Part shown: one piece after another, positions 39,561-53,568 of the stretch
Layout of the letters: every line of letters begins with the position of its first letter
Position numbering within the stretch: position 1 is the first letter of the stretch
Assembly (NCBI RefSeq): GCF_006345805.1
Contig: NC_043008.1
Location: forward strand, 1,550,001 to 1,614,000
Origin: Octopus sinensis
Lineage: Eukaryota
DNA: 64,000 nt
Direction: 5' to 3'
Made by a program: the position numbers and the translations under genes
Notes under the pieces: generated by a model
Told to the model about the DNA's origin: nothing
The model's input: only the letters and a program-made list of their open reading frames with translations
Database searches by the model: none

Positions 39561-40828
39561 TCAAGTCATCCCATAAGTTCTCTTCCGAATTTTCAATAAA
39601 GAAAACAAATGACCAAATATTATATTTAATTGAAATTTAAGGATCAATGTAATTTCCTTGATTCTCTATGACTGCCTTCCATCTATTTACAAGCTTTTTA
39701 AACGCATCAGTATACAACTCTTATGGCTTCAAAGTGAAGAACGCTGAAATGTCAGTTTCGATCTCCTCCTGGCTTGCGAAAGTAATGTGCCCCAAATGAT
39801 TCTGGAAACTACGAAACAAATGCAAGGTCGGGAGAATAAGGTGGCTGAGGAATGTTTTCCCAACGAAGCTCTTCGACCTTCCGTGATGTGATCGTCGCAG
39901 TGTGGTGTCACGATTTTTCCTGATGAAACATCACTTCTTTTCGATTCAACAAAGCTATTCTTTTTTCTTTAAAGCTTGGTTCAAATGCTCGAATTGCTGA
40001 CTGTAGACTTGAGTATTGATTGTTGCATTAAGTGGTAGTAATTCAAAGCGAATTACGCCTTTGCAATTCCACCTGATAAAGAGAAGAAACTTTTTCTCAT
40101 GAAGTTCCCTTCTCGGTTGTGGTTGGGCTTCTTCCCTTTTATCAAGCCACTGTTTACGACGTTTAACATTTCGATAGGAGATCCATTTTTCGTCAGCAGT
40201 TATAAGTCTATCAAAAAAAAAGGGTGAAATCAGTTCGTGAGAATGGAGAGAAGAGCAGATGTCAACTCGGGATTTGCATTTGTTTTCGGACAGTGAGGCA
40301 CTCATTTTCCAAGTTTAGGAAACTTTCCAAGTTCTTGAAGATGCAAATGAACAGTTGTATGGTTTGCACTAAGCTTTATTGCCAATTCTTAAACTGACAA
40401 TGCAGGATTTTCTTCAAGTAATGTCTCAAGGAGTTTATCATCAAACTCAACTGGACGTCCTGTTCGATTTTCATCTTCAAGGCTGAAATCTTAACTTCTG
40501 AATTTTGCAAACGATCTTCTGTAAGTTCTTTCATTCAAACAGTCTTTCCCATAAATTGAGTGCATGTTTCGAGTCGCTTCCCCTGCAGAGTTACCTTTTG
40601 TGTACTCATAAAGCATTATCTGCCTTAAAAACTCATTGGAAATTTCCATTTTAGAAAGGGTGTCAAATAAATTTTAAGTCTATTATACTGGAAAATAATA
40701 CTTAATTAGTCTAATGTACACAATTGCATAAAAATAATATTTAATTCCTTTAGACATTCTGAAATACTATTACATTTCCTTCAATTTTAAAAAAGGTAAA
40801 ATCGGAGAGAACTCATGGGATGACCTGA
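39561..40828 (-). mobile_element. Full-length decayed mariner transposon (~1.27 kb)
   Basis: TIRs tcaagtcatcccataagttctcttccg and (reverse complement) tcaggtcatcccatgagttctctccg; TA on both flanks (39559-60, 40829-30); transposase remnant inside. Confidence 0.95.
39637..40649 (-). pseudogene. Mariner DDD transposase pseudogene
   Basis: MEISNEFLRQIMLYEY...FSLEDENRTGRP...RLITADEKWISY...GVIRFELL...QPPYSPDLA...RWKAVIENQGNYIDP*; multiple stops and frameshifts. Confidence 0.93.
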
Positions 40829-40963
40829 TAGATAGCGCTTACGAAATGCTACGAGGTAAATAATCCCGAGAATGTTTTGTAATCCGAGTTCAATTTTACA
40901 GTCTGTGTAGAGTTAGATAAGGAATGCAGTTGGGTTTAATAGCTGAGATATATTTATATTAGT

Positions 40964-40982
40964 ATATATATATATATGTATG

Positions 40983-41039
<57 letters not shown>

Positions 41040-41317
41040 ATATGTTTGTATGTGTATGTGTATATATATGTGTATGCATATATGTATGTATATATGTATG
41101 TATATGTATGTATATATGTGTGTGCATGTGTGAATGTATGTACATGTATATATATATATACATATATGTATGTGTATATATGTATGTATGTGTGTGTATA
41201 TGTGTGTGCGAGAGAGTATGCGGTTTCGCGCGCGTGTGTGTGTGTGTGGTATGTGTATCTCTCTATATGTTTATCTTTCTCTATATTCATCTATCTATTT
41301 ATCCCTCTCTTTCTCCA

Positions 41318-41360
<43 letters not shown>
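40964..41360. repeat. Compound (TA)/(TG)/(TATG) microsatellite field
   Basis: Direct reading. Confidence 0.95.
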
Positions 41361-41364
<4 letters not shown>

Positions 41365-43360
41365 CATATAAAAATATTCCCAATTATTACGTACAGTGGC
41401 TGTAAGCGAAGACAGTTGTAATCGTCTTCTGTTGTAGTTAACAAAATGCCTTCAAGTTAACGATGTAATACGGATGCTCCGGATACTAAACCACAGCACA
41501 TTTAATCCTGTTGGAGCTAACATGATGCCTATCAACTGCTAATATATTATTGTGTATCTTTAACTTTTATAAAACCGCATTTCTAATACTAATGTGTTGC
41601 AACCGTCGAGGAAAAGTAGCTAGATTATTACCTCAAAGTTCTGCTACTCATATAATCCAGCTGAAGCAAAACTCACTAAAGTCTATTGTTCCCTTGTGCA
41701 TCTTCTGTAATTCTTCCGACAATGCAATGCAGTAAATTCTTTTTATTTTTATTTCGTAACAACGCTGAAATTCCCGGATATAAACATACATTTTCCTTGG
41801 GAATTTAGAAAATAGTTTAATCAAATTAAAAGGAAGAAAAAAAAGGTATATGCGCTAAATAAACAAAATAATGTAATTAGCTATTAACATTGTTTTGTAT
41901 TGATCTGTTTCTTTTGTTTGAAGCTTAACATACGGTGAGTTAGTAAAAGTTGCATAAGCAAGCTGTACAGCGATATCTTCAAAGGATTATTGGATTTTGT
42001 CCATTAAATGTCAATAATGTATGTATTTTAATCAATATTATTAAATTATACTGAACGATGTGAAGTCATGGAAGAAAAAAAGTAACGGTATTTATGATAT
42101 ATTATTTTCGAGGCGAACTCACTTTTAGTTTCTATGTCTTCAACTTGTGATTTTACATTTCCGTTTGTGTCTGAAACATCTGCTTTCAAACTAATCTGTC
42201 ATATTCCTTAAGAAGATTAAGCAAAACTACATAGAGATTTCGATTCTTTCAGAACATGTAATAGAATACGCTCAAATTACAAACAAAATGCCCTGAGTTA
42301 GATTTCCTGATGTTAAGTTTATATCTGAAATATTTCTTACCTCGCTATCCAAAGCAATGAAACTTTCACAGCTGCAAATGACACAGAAAGTAAATAGATT
42401 TTAGTAATTTACAACGTTGAAGTGTAACTTTAACAATATTAAATATAATCGGTTAGAAATGCTTCGTTTGGATTTAGAATTATAACAAAAATTGAGAAAC
42501 CATCGAATTGAGAGATTAATTTATGGCGAAAAAAACAAACAATTAGAAATTTCATGTATAATATAATAATTATCTCACTTTTCATAAAATTTTCTTTATG
42601 ATAATGAAAAAACAATTTTAAGGCGTTTCACATCTACATTTCTTTTTATTTTTATTTATGCATTAACGTTCAGTTTGAGAGAACGCACCTTTTCGCAGAA
42701 AATTATACATCCTGTTACGTAAACCTAGCAAAGAGCTTTTGATTATAATCAAGTACTTCTGAATGAAGCCGCTGTAGCAGCAGTAGTGATTTTAAAACTC
42801 CTTTCAGGCATATTGTTGCAGCCGTAAATGTTTGACTAAGATGGTAGCATTTGAACTACATTTCTTTTTATGTATAAACACTTCCGGTGGTCTTAGTAAT
42901 GAAAGAGTAGTGGCATTAGTCAAAATTAAAATAACATCTTCATACCCAACTTACAGAGGGTTTGTGCAAATAGTCACTCATACGCAACTTATTATTCGCA
43001 AATAACCAAAAAGTTTTCCACGAGAATGGAGCCGAATAGTTCATCTACGGTATAACATTCTCGCCCCAAAATACTCCCTAATCTTTTAAGATTATATAGG
43101 TCCGCGGGAGTCCGGATGATTTTAAAGACCTAAAAGGAATGATTTTTTATATGATTCCTATCACTCCGATTGGTTAAAGAAAATAAGGCAGTATCTTCTG
43201 AAATAAGAAAGATCATTGAAGTGGTCAATGGGATGAATGTATCTTCTTCAGGAGTATGATAATGGTGATGATAGCGACGACGACGACGACAACAACAACG
43301 ATGACATCTACGAAAAGGGCGACAACAACGACGACGGTGGTGGTGATGCTAATGCACTCT

Positions 43361-43593
43361 AAGGCGGCGAGCTGGCAGAACCGTTAGCACGCCGGGCGAA
43401 ATGCTTTGCGGTATTTCGTATGCTGCTACGTTCTGAGTTCAAATTCCGCCGAGGTCGACTCTGCTTTCATCCTCTCGGGGTCGATAAATTAAGTACCAGT
43501 TACACACCGGGGTCGATGTAATCGACTTAATCCGTTTGTCTGTCCTTGGTAGTCCGTCTGTGTTCAGCCCCTTGTGGGTAGTAAAGAAATAGG
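43361..43593 (+). mobile_element. SINE type 4, full length
   Basis: aaggcggcgagctggcagaaccgttagc...gagttcaaattccgccgagg...ttgtgggtagtaaagaaatagg. Confidence 0.92.
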
Positions 43594-43837
43594 TATGTAC
43601 TGATGTTGAATGTATATACAATCGAAACGAAATTCATGAAAACTTAAACTGCTATCAAAAGTAAATGAACTACATTTATGTATGTGTTTTTGTAAGTTTT
43701 TTCCACTTTACTTGACAGTCAACTTTATACCCCAACCCACAAAAAAAAATTACTACTACTATCGCAAGGGGAGAAAAGAAACGAGATGTAATTGATAACT
43801 GAATTCGTTAAGTGCGTGGTACTGTAATGTATTAATA

Positions 43838-43880
<43 letters not shown>

Positions 43881-45418
43881 CAAATATCGTGGTATAAAAA
43901 TACTATAACATAATGAAGTAAACTGACATATATATATCTAAACGAGTGCACAATTAATTGGTTTCTAATTAGCGGAATAGTCTTCAGATTGTTATTAAAT
44001 TTCTGAAACTAAAATACAAAACATGAATATTTATGAGTCAGTGAGGAATACTTATGGCGTCGTATAATCTGATAGAATTAGTCATCAAATTTCCAGAGAC
44101 TGGTTAGGGCGCTGTAGATACGTAGGTTTTGATGCTTTTATCGAGCGATTCAAAAGAAATGAGATTGAAATTCCTGAATGAGGAGAGCTAAAAAAGCAAA
44201 GCAACAGAGATCTTAAAATATGATGCATATCATATCGATATAATTTGCTTGAAATATATTTGAGAAATATCATTATCTAAAACGATGAATAAAAAAGAAA
44301 TCTGTTAGGACAATACTGTTTCACAGTTTGTGGAAATATATTTTTCAAAGAAATTCAAATATAGAATCCCAGAAGTAAAAGATGTGCGCTCACTATTGCT
44401 TGTCTATTAGACAGGAATCATAAGCTAGCATTATTCTGAAAGCACGGCGTATTTAGTGTAAATGAAATCAGTAACTTCATACTTTTTAAAATCATGAGTA
44501 CACGAAATACAAATAACGAAACTGAAGTTTTTGTTCCTTTATGTATCTATTTTATGGGATATCTACTCATTTGTTTCGCATTAATTTTATTTCTCTTAAC
44601 TTCAGAATCGTCATGTGATCAAAACAGGAATGCGGTAGAATGCTGAATTATTGCTCTCCTTACAAAGTGAATACTACATGAAGGGCTACATGAATAAATT
44701 CGGTTGCAGTGCTAAACACTGTAGAATATATTGTCTTGTGTAGCATTTTATTTCATCCGCTGCATTAAAGTCTTGTGCGAATCACAACAGTATTTAATGT
44801 TTCGAAAATGAAACAGCAACGGTATTTATTATCAATGTTGCAATACAGGGGTTGGTTAGTGAAATATAAAGGTCTAAAGTATTTGAAGTCGAAGGAAAAA
44901 AAGATTATATCCCTGTATCATCATGACTTAGCTTCATAAATACTGAATAGTCATGGACATTTACTATAGCAATTATTGTTTTTTTTTCAATTCAATCATT
45001 AATCTTCATATGCTTATGCATATCAATAGAACTGACACAGAGTCATGCCGCATGGAGCCATTGAATATTGCAGTGATAGCCTCAAATCTATTCATCTATA
45101 TCTGCCCTTCTCTCTCAGGCTATAACAGTTGTAGGTTAAAGCAAATTTTCTGTTATTAAGCTAATACTAGTATCTTTAATTCAATTCGTGCTTATTCTTC
45201 AAAATTCAACATGTAGTGTTAATATTTTATAAGCAATATTATCAAATTCATCTCTATCTTTCTGTGCGTGTTGCGGAAGGATATTCAATATTAATATTTC
45301 TAAATATATTAATGTTTGATAGTATATGCATATTTTGGCTAACATTTCACTCGCACTTCCTTTATGTATATGCATGTATGTATATGTATATATGCATATA
45401 TGTATACACACACACACA

Positions 45419-45464
<46 letters not shown>

Positions 45465-45754
45465 TATATATATATACACATATATATATATGAACTCAGA
45501 TCGTGAAGACGACATTTTACATCATGTGTTCAAATATATAATGCAATATAATACAATATTATATAATTTAATGCAATATATATATACATTTGTGTGTGTG
45601 TGTAATATTTTATATATCTGGACTGTTGAACTCACAACGTAAAGACAAAAGACGGGCGAAATGCCGCCAAGCATTTTCCCCGGTGTACAACACGTTTTGG
45701 CCGCTTACCTACTTACATATATTGATTATTAATGCCTATAATTCTGTTTGTTAC

Positions 45755-46190
45755 CGGTGGTGAGCAGACGGAACCGTTAGCATGCCGGAAAACATTGTGT
45801 AGCGATATTTCGTCCCTCCTTAAACTCTGAGTTCAGATTCCGCCGAGGTCGACTTTGCCCTTCATATTTTGAGGGTCGATAAAATAAGTAACAGTTGAGC
45901 ACTAGGGCCGATGTAATCGACTTACTCGTCCCCCGAAATTGGTGGCCTTGTGTCAAAAGTTGAAACAAGTATGTATATGTTTGTTAAAGATGGTGAACTG
46001 TCATAATTGTTTGAACTCCGGACAAAATGCTTGGCGGTATTTTTGTCTGTCTGGACGTTCTGAGTCGAAATTTTGTAATGGCCGATTTTGCTTTTCATCC
46101 TTTCCGGGGCGATATAATATAAATACCGGTAAATAATTGATTTACCTTCGACCAGAAACCGCTGGTCTTGTGCCAAAATTCCAGACTAAT
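45755..46190 (+). mobile_element. Two tandem diverged SINE type 4 copies with alternative tail (ggccttgtg.caaaa)
   Basis: 45755-45968 and ~45988-46190 each show head and body homology to 43361; a minus-strand fragment lies at ~45640-45700. Confidence 0.75.
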
Positions 46191-47971
46191 ATCAATATGT
46201 TTTTTTTCTTTCCTTGCCATTTTACATATCACTATCTCTGGTTGCGTCCCTTTATATCAACAGTGTAGCATAACCATTTGAGAAATATTATAGAATAAAA
46301 ACAAATAAATACAAAGCTTGATAAAATGGAGGAAAATGTATGTTCTGTTAAAACGCTAAAACACTAAAACTACACTCAAAGCAATAACTGGTGGATTTAA
46401 ACGTCAGAATATAAATCAGCCTGAATGAAACAAGCTGATATGGTATGTTCGTCTGTCTTGAATGATCCAGACACGTAAACATCGTATTGGTATCTAAAAT
46501 TCAGTTAGTATGATGCAATACATTTGGCATTCTTGATCTTTTAAAGGGCAATCATTTCAAGTGACACAAATGAAAATATAGTGGCTACTGTATTAGAAAT
46601 GTGATGGAGAAATTGATATTTTATCATAGCAAATCCCCTTTGATGTATAGTATCAATAACAGAGCTAATGCATATCCATTACAAATATGCTATATGAAAG
46701 GAGATTGAAGTAGGGAGTGATAACGCAATATTTATTTAAGGGGCTATAGATTTTCTCTTAATGGACAGCATGGCATATGATAGTCCTTTGTATTTTGCTT
46801 CTAACACTGTATATATTTGTGTATGTATTAATCGAGTTACTGGAACACAATGCCGCGTATCGCTGATGTGTTTCTGATATTAATGTTACAGATCATCCTA
46901 ATATTCGCCACACTGCTAATCTGGAAACTGTCCTTTGCAAAGGAAAGCGGTGGAGGTTTTTGTTACGAACAATTAATCTTTGGAATAATTCCACGAATGA
47001 TAAATTCAATCACCACCACAAGGAACGACGTATACAGCATACTTGTTCTAGCTTAGCCACAGGTCATCTCTGCCTACGAAGATCTATGATCAAAAGTATC
47101 TGTATCTATCTACGGCTATTCAATGTGAATGATACAGGCCATTTTTATGAAAAGTAGTGTAATTTGAAGAGTAAATTAGCTGCTATTTCGAAAATTCTAG
47201 CAAACATATTTTATCACGTCAACGTTAATTGTGTTTTTTAAATATATTATAGAAAGGACATAGTCGATACACTGTATCATATGTCTTAATAGTTGCTTGC
47301 ATGAAGATATAACCCTGAAAATAAAATATTCATTCATATAAACTTCACGTTCCAGTGACTTCCATTTCTCTCCCACTCACAAAACGCTCCATGCATAAAG
47401 AAAACCTTTTAGACAAATGGAGATGGATACGCTTTTAGATGAAAGAGTAGAAAGGAAAGCTAATTTTCCTTGAAATAAACTCTACCCTCATCTAGAAACT
47501 GAGCGAATATTAGATGTAAGAGTGTAACCAGGAAACCTCTAATAACCATAAAGCCACAGCTTAAATTTGTTTTTGTTCGTTCTGATTTTACATATGCTAA
47601 AATGATGAAACAGCAAAAACTACTATACATTCCAACTAAGGAAAGAGACGCTACATGACCATATGAGCCGATGAAATTAGGCAACACATTCGTTTGAATC
47701 AAACACAGTACTTTACAAATGGATATGGAGGTTAGACTACACATACATGTTTCTCCAGGCTCTCTATCGAGGAATATAACGCTGTCGGTCAGATATATTG
47801 TGGCCATATGTATTATTAATCACGATTAACTAGAAGCCAATGCATTACAAAAATAACAGGAAAGACTAACTGACACTGGACATTTTAGAAACATAAATAC
47901 TTATAAAATCTATTTTGCTTTTCGTAGAGAATGTTGGTCACTTATTGAAATGATGATTTTTCTCATACACA

Positions 47972-48368
47972 AAGGCAGTGAGCTGGCAGAATAGTTAGCA
48001 CGCCGGGCAAAATGCTTAGCGGTATTTCGTCTGCCACTACGTTCTGAGTTCAAATTACGCCGAGGTCGGCTTTGCCTTTAATCAATTCGGGGTCGATTAA
48101 ATAAGTACCAGATACGCACTGGGGTCGATGTAATCGACTTAATCCGTTTTGTCTGTCCTTCTTTGACCCTTCAATGTTTAGCCCCTTGTGGGTAGTAAAG
48201 AAATAGGTATTTCGTCTCTATTTGCGTTCTGAATTAAAATTCCACCGAGGTCGACTCTGCCTTTCATCCTTTCGGAGTCAATAGATTAAGTACTAGTTGC
48301 GTACTGGGATAGATGTAATCGATTGGCCCCCTCCTCAAAAAATTTGGCCTTGTGCCCAGAGTAGGAAA
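47972..48368 (+). mobile_element. Dimeric SINE type 4 (full unit + headless second unit joined at aggtatttcgtct)
   Basis: The body gttctga.tt.aaatt..ccgaggtcg.ct.tgcctt is repeated at ~48040 and ~48228. Confidence 0.88.
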
Positions 48369-49774
48369 GGTTTTTCTCGTACACATGACTACAAAATATA
48401 CGGAATTCCTACAATCCGGCAACGTGTTGGAGTTTAACAAATTCTTAAGCATGTTAAACCTGTTAGAAAATCCGTTACTGGAGAGAAGCTGGCATAATCG
48501 TTAGCGCTCCGCACAAATTACATTGTATTCATACTTTTGGATTGTGTGAAAGAAAGTGCCTGTTAATAACGTGTGCTGATGTAATTACAAAGTGACTGAA
48601 ATAATTTATGGAGCTCTTAATTATCGTAAAATTAATTCATATAAACTTGTTCAAAATCCATTTCACTTCCACCAATGAAATATATGATGATGTATTCCAA
48701 ACGTATATGAATAAATCAATGTCTTGGTTCTTTTTAATACAACATATCTCACCCGCAATTCATTTACTCCCTACTTAATGGATACAGCAATTCGATTTCT
48801 GCGACGCATACTTCCTATTTCCATCTGTTTAATTGGTAACATCAATCCCAGAACTGGTACGGTGTCTTCCATTTACTGTTGAGAGAAATACGGTATCTCA
48901 CGTTATAAACGAATACACCCTAAACCACGTTGGTATTTATGCAACTCTAAATATAAACATACAAATATATAGGAATATGTGTGTGCGTCCGTGTGTTTAT
49001 TTCCTTATATTTAAATTTGCTTGAGTGTCTCATTGAATTTTTCCCCTCACAACACTACAGTTAAATCATATTAAAATACACGATATTTTCGAAGGGTATT
49101 TCGAAATTATACAGGCAGGAATAATTTGTTTCCACAATCCGCATTAATTCAAAATATATACCACAATCAAATTGTTTTCTTTTTTTTACTTTGGGCGTCT
49201 AAATGTTAAGGAATTCTGAATAAATGCTCACAAATTATAGACTCTGCTTCTATAGATAAAATAAAAGTCCATATGATAAACTGGTGGAGTCTGCTTTACA
49301 GCCAGATATTTTGTTATAAACATATAGCATTCATAAACTAGGATCCTATTAATATAGAATACATTTGCTCTATTCATACATTCTTCATAATTAATTTAGC
49401 TGATATTTTTTCTGTAATTCTTTAATAACAAATCATAAAAGACTACTAAATAGAAAAGAATATTTGTATGGTAACAAAATTAATTTGAAACATGGAATAA
49501 TAATTCAGTTGTCGTACATATGTAAATGTGTTAAAAACTAAATACAAATTCCGTCGTCAACAATAAAAATCTGTAATCAAATTCAAATAGACATAAATAT
49601 TAGTCTTAATGCTGGTTTCAAATTATGGTACCAAAGCAGACATTTAGTGGGAGGTGGCGCATCAATTACATTGACCCCGAAAGAAAGAACGGCAAATCAA
49701 CCTCTGTGGAATTTGAAATCAGACTGACGAAATGCTGCTTAGAATTGTGCCCGGTGCAGTAACAATTCGTATTC

Positions 49775-50186
49775 CTTTATTGACCACACGTGGATAAATA
49801 TAAAGGGGACAAACAAGGATAGACAAAAGGATTAAGTGTATTACATCGACCCCAGTGCGTAACTGGTACTTAATTTATCGACCCCGAAAGGATGAAAGGC
49901 TAAGTCAACCTCGGCGGAATTTGAACTCAGTACATAAAGACAGACGAAATACATATTTTTTTACTACCCACAAGGGGCTAAACACAGAAGGGACAAACGA
50001 GGACAGACAAACGGATTAAGTTGATTATATCGACCCCTGTGCGTAACTTGTACTTATTTAATCGACCCCGAAAGTATGAAAGGCAAAGTCGATCCCGGCG
50101 GGATTTGAAATCAGAACATAACGGCAGATGAAATACTGCTAAGCATTTCGCCCGGTGTGCTAACGCTTCTGCCAGCTCGCCGCCTT
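49775..50186 (-). mobile_element. Dimeric SINE type 4, inverted relative to 47972-48368
   Basis: Two body+tail units; head ...ctgccagctcgccgcctt at the right end; further fragments at ~49610-49770 and 50190-50430. Confidence 0.88.
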
Positions 50187-51095
50187 CATTAACAATTCTG
50201 CCAGAACGCCGCCATATGTATTATCTTTAATATTAATTGAAAGATAAGGCGGTGCGTAGGCAGTATCGTTAACGGGTAGGACAAAATGGTTAGCAGTTTT
50301 TTGAGTGCAAATGACACTAGGATCAACTTTGCCTTTATGCATTCTGATGTAAATAAACTGATTAACAGATGAAAGCTTGGTGGTAACTGACTTGATACTC
50401 TCGCCACAATTGCGAGTCTTGTGCCAAGATCTGAAAAAATTACTAATGGAGAGGTATTTAATATCTTTCTGTATAAAGAGATAAAAGAACAGGCGTCAGC
50501 CAACTGAAAAGAAATGAGATTTATTTTAAATTAATAATTCACGCTCTAAAAAGCTGGCACACTTAACAGAAGACAGAAAACAGATCACCGACGAGCATTA
50601 AATTTTTCTGCGCAATATTTTGCTGATCATTTGATTTCAAAACCTGCCGTGGTAGATTATACACTCCATTGTACTGAATCCGACAATTATTTTCACTGCA
50701 GATGCGGTCGGTCGTTTCTCGAAAAGTGACAAATTGCCTTTACAGAGCAATGATTATATAAAACTGTTAATATTTCAGTTCAGTCATATATTTGAGATGT
50801 CACAAAGTCGTATAGTAAACACTGATATAGGAATATTTTCGAGATAATTCGAATAAATTACGAGCTCGAGAAATCTGATTAATTTTTAAAAAAACGATGT
50901 TGTACACATACCATTCTCAATACTTGATTGAGATTCAACACGGAATGATTCGCATAAGTGTATATATATTTATTTCAATATTTATTTTAAAAAACTTACT
51001 TAATAGCACCTTCTGGAAACTATAACTTCATATTTTAATAATCTTTTGGGAGTGCGTGAATTTGTGTGTATGCGTGATTTGAGTACGTGAAAATG

Positions 51096-51164
<69 letters not shown>

Positions 51165-51210
51165 AAAATTAAAATTTATCGAAGACAGTGGCGTTTTCAA
51201 ACTTCTTTTT

Positions 51211-51244
<34 letters not shown>

Positions 51245-52669
51245 AAACTTAAAATTTATCGAAGATAGTGGCGTTTTCAAACTACTTTTATACAAATATA
51301 TATATATATATATGAGCCCGTTGAATGTATTACATAAGAGATGTAAGTTGGCATATAATATGCCAATAATTGTAAATTGCTGATAATAAATTACCATATG
51401 TTACTCAGAGATTCAACAGAAGCAAACTACACAAAGATTTAAAGGAAAAAATTCTATTCACAATAGAACAGGAACGAACATGCAAATATTGAAGATCGCT
51501 GAATGTAAAAAGCCAAATCTGTTTTTTTATTGCTATGATGTGAAATTTGTGTCTTGCAATTAAAAAGGTAATAGAAGAGGTTTATGGGGCTCAGTAAACG
51601 TGAATAAAAGATTAGAACAAAGAATACCATGTAAAGGCTGCGAAAACCTTCGGATGTATTAACTAACCATTGCTATGGGCAGTAAAAACAAAATCTACTT
51701 TTGTGTTATATTATCCGAGGTTGTGCCAAAGATTTATCTGGAATTTCAGATGACGTGTGCATATAAGAAGTACAAGTTAGTGAGTTATAAATGCCAACAA
51801 AGAATTTGAAATAATAGCAGAATAGTTGTAAATGAACGCGCAAAGCACAAAAAAAAACATGAAAATACTTTAACGTAAATCATTCTTGTGTAATTTGAAT
51901 AGAAAATTCTGAATAAGAAACAATTTCGATTTGTTTCTGTTGTTGTTGCTAATTTTGATACGTTTTAAGGAACAAAATTACAAATCTGACGTGTGTATGT
52001 CCTGTCTAATGACAGTATGCAGAGAATATTGATGGAAATTACTCTAAATAAGTGTTGCAGTCTGTTTTGTATGAAATATACTGATGCCCAAAGAACGAAA
52101 AATATCACATTTGTTGTTATAAATTTTGAGCCCGAAATGAGAATCATTCATAGAAACAGACTTGTGAGGATGCTTATTTAACCTACTTTAGTTGTAATTT
52201 GAGTACGCCTAGCACATAAGGAGACAGCACAACAAAAGTTTTAGTAACAACATTTTCAGTTCCACATAGAATATAACTTGACAAATTTGCTATTTCTAAA
52301 GTTTTTTACTGTGATAGAGAAATGTGTTGAATTTCTGAATTATTCACACGTATGCACACATTCTTAGCAGTGACTAAAATTGTGAAACCTGTGTTTCCTT
52401 ACAGTGCAGTTGCTGGTGAGAGAAAAAAAAATTACTTGAATTTCGAGATTTCACGCGATGCACAAATTTACTATGCGATTTGCAATACATTGGATAGATT
52501 CTCAACAGAACAGAAAAACACTATCCAGAGTCATTTCTGTAGGTATTTAGATGACTAAGTTCTTCCCCAATGGAACCAACATATGATGAAAAAGTATCTG
52601 CTGTGGCTGTAGAATCGTTTATTTAACTATTTCTTTCATTATTCAAATCACCCTTTCATATATGGCATA

Positions 52670-53066
52670 CTAGCAGTATTGCCCGGCGTTTCTCGGATTT
52701 GTTTTCTTTTCGACCCTTTAGAATTAGAATTATTAAAAAGGAAACATTTTGCATCATGTAGCTTGTTATTCTCTTTATGTAAACATTTTTTTGGTTGAAA
52801 TACACCGAAAAATGGCGACACAACAGTAAAAGAATTGTAAAAAAAATAGGGATTTTCATAGAAAAAAAGCACCTTTTTGATGTAAATAATTTTTGGTCTT
52901 AATATTGTCTGATTTGAATTTCATCTTCTACGGAATGAAGTGTAAGCCGTTTTCTATCATACCCTCAATTTTGGTCAACTTGCGCCGCAGGGTCTCGGAG
53001 GAGATAGTGTTAATTGAAGGCTACCAAACCTGCCATACACAGAGAACTTCAGCTTTATATATTACA
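52670..53066 (-). mobile_element. Non-autonomous Helitron H1
   Basis: Minus-strand 3' end tccgagaaacgccggg (hairpin) caatactg CTAG|T; interior matches 1-272. Confidence 0.85.
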
Positions 53067-53568
53067 CTAGCAGTATCGCCCGGCGTTGCTCGGGTTTGTA
53101 AGGGAAATTACTATATAAGCATTTTTAGAGAGTTACTTCCTTATAGATGCCAATTCGGGCTTTCTTATCCATTTCTGTTTTGGTGTCTTCAAGCCATGAA
53201 GTCGTTGTTCTAAAAGAACGCTGGTCTCCTTGACAACGCTTTACGACGTTGATTTCCTTACACTTCCTTCCCCACAGTTTCACGAGGGAGGGAAGAAGGG
53301 GGAGAAGCAAACAGGTGCAGGTGTGACCATGGACGCCAACTCCGCCGCCACACGAAAAATTATGCATTAAAATGGAATAAAAATGATGTTAAATTATTTT
53401 TAAAATCGTAGACTCATCGTAGACGCGCGCTAAGCTAAAACTCAGACGGGCTCGATATGAATCACGACTATAAGATTTGGTTAAACTGCACCGCAAAATG
53501 TGGGAGTAGTTAGGAATCTAAATCGAAGGAGACAGACACTCACACAACTATAGTTTTATATATATAGA
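53067..53568 (-). mobile_element. Non-autonomous Helitron H2 (502 bp), complete
   Basis: Minus strand A|TCtatatatataaaa... and ...cccgagcaacgccggg cgatactg CTAG|T: 5' TC, 3' hairpin plus CTAG, and AT target. Confidence 0.9.

Noticed and set aside
46850-47157. Hydrophobic 68-aa ORF resembling a signal peptide
   Set aside because: Short, no homology or supporting splice structure; hydrophobic frames are common in AT-rich DNA.
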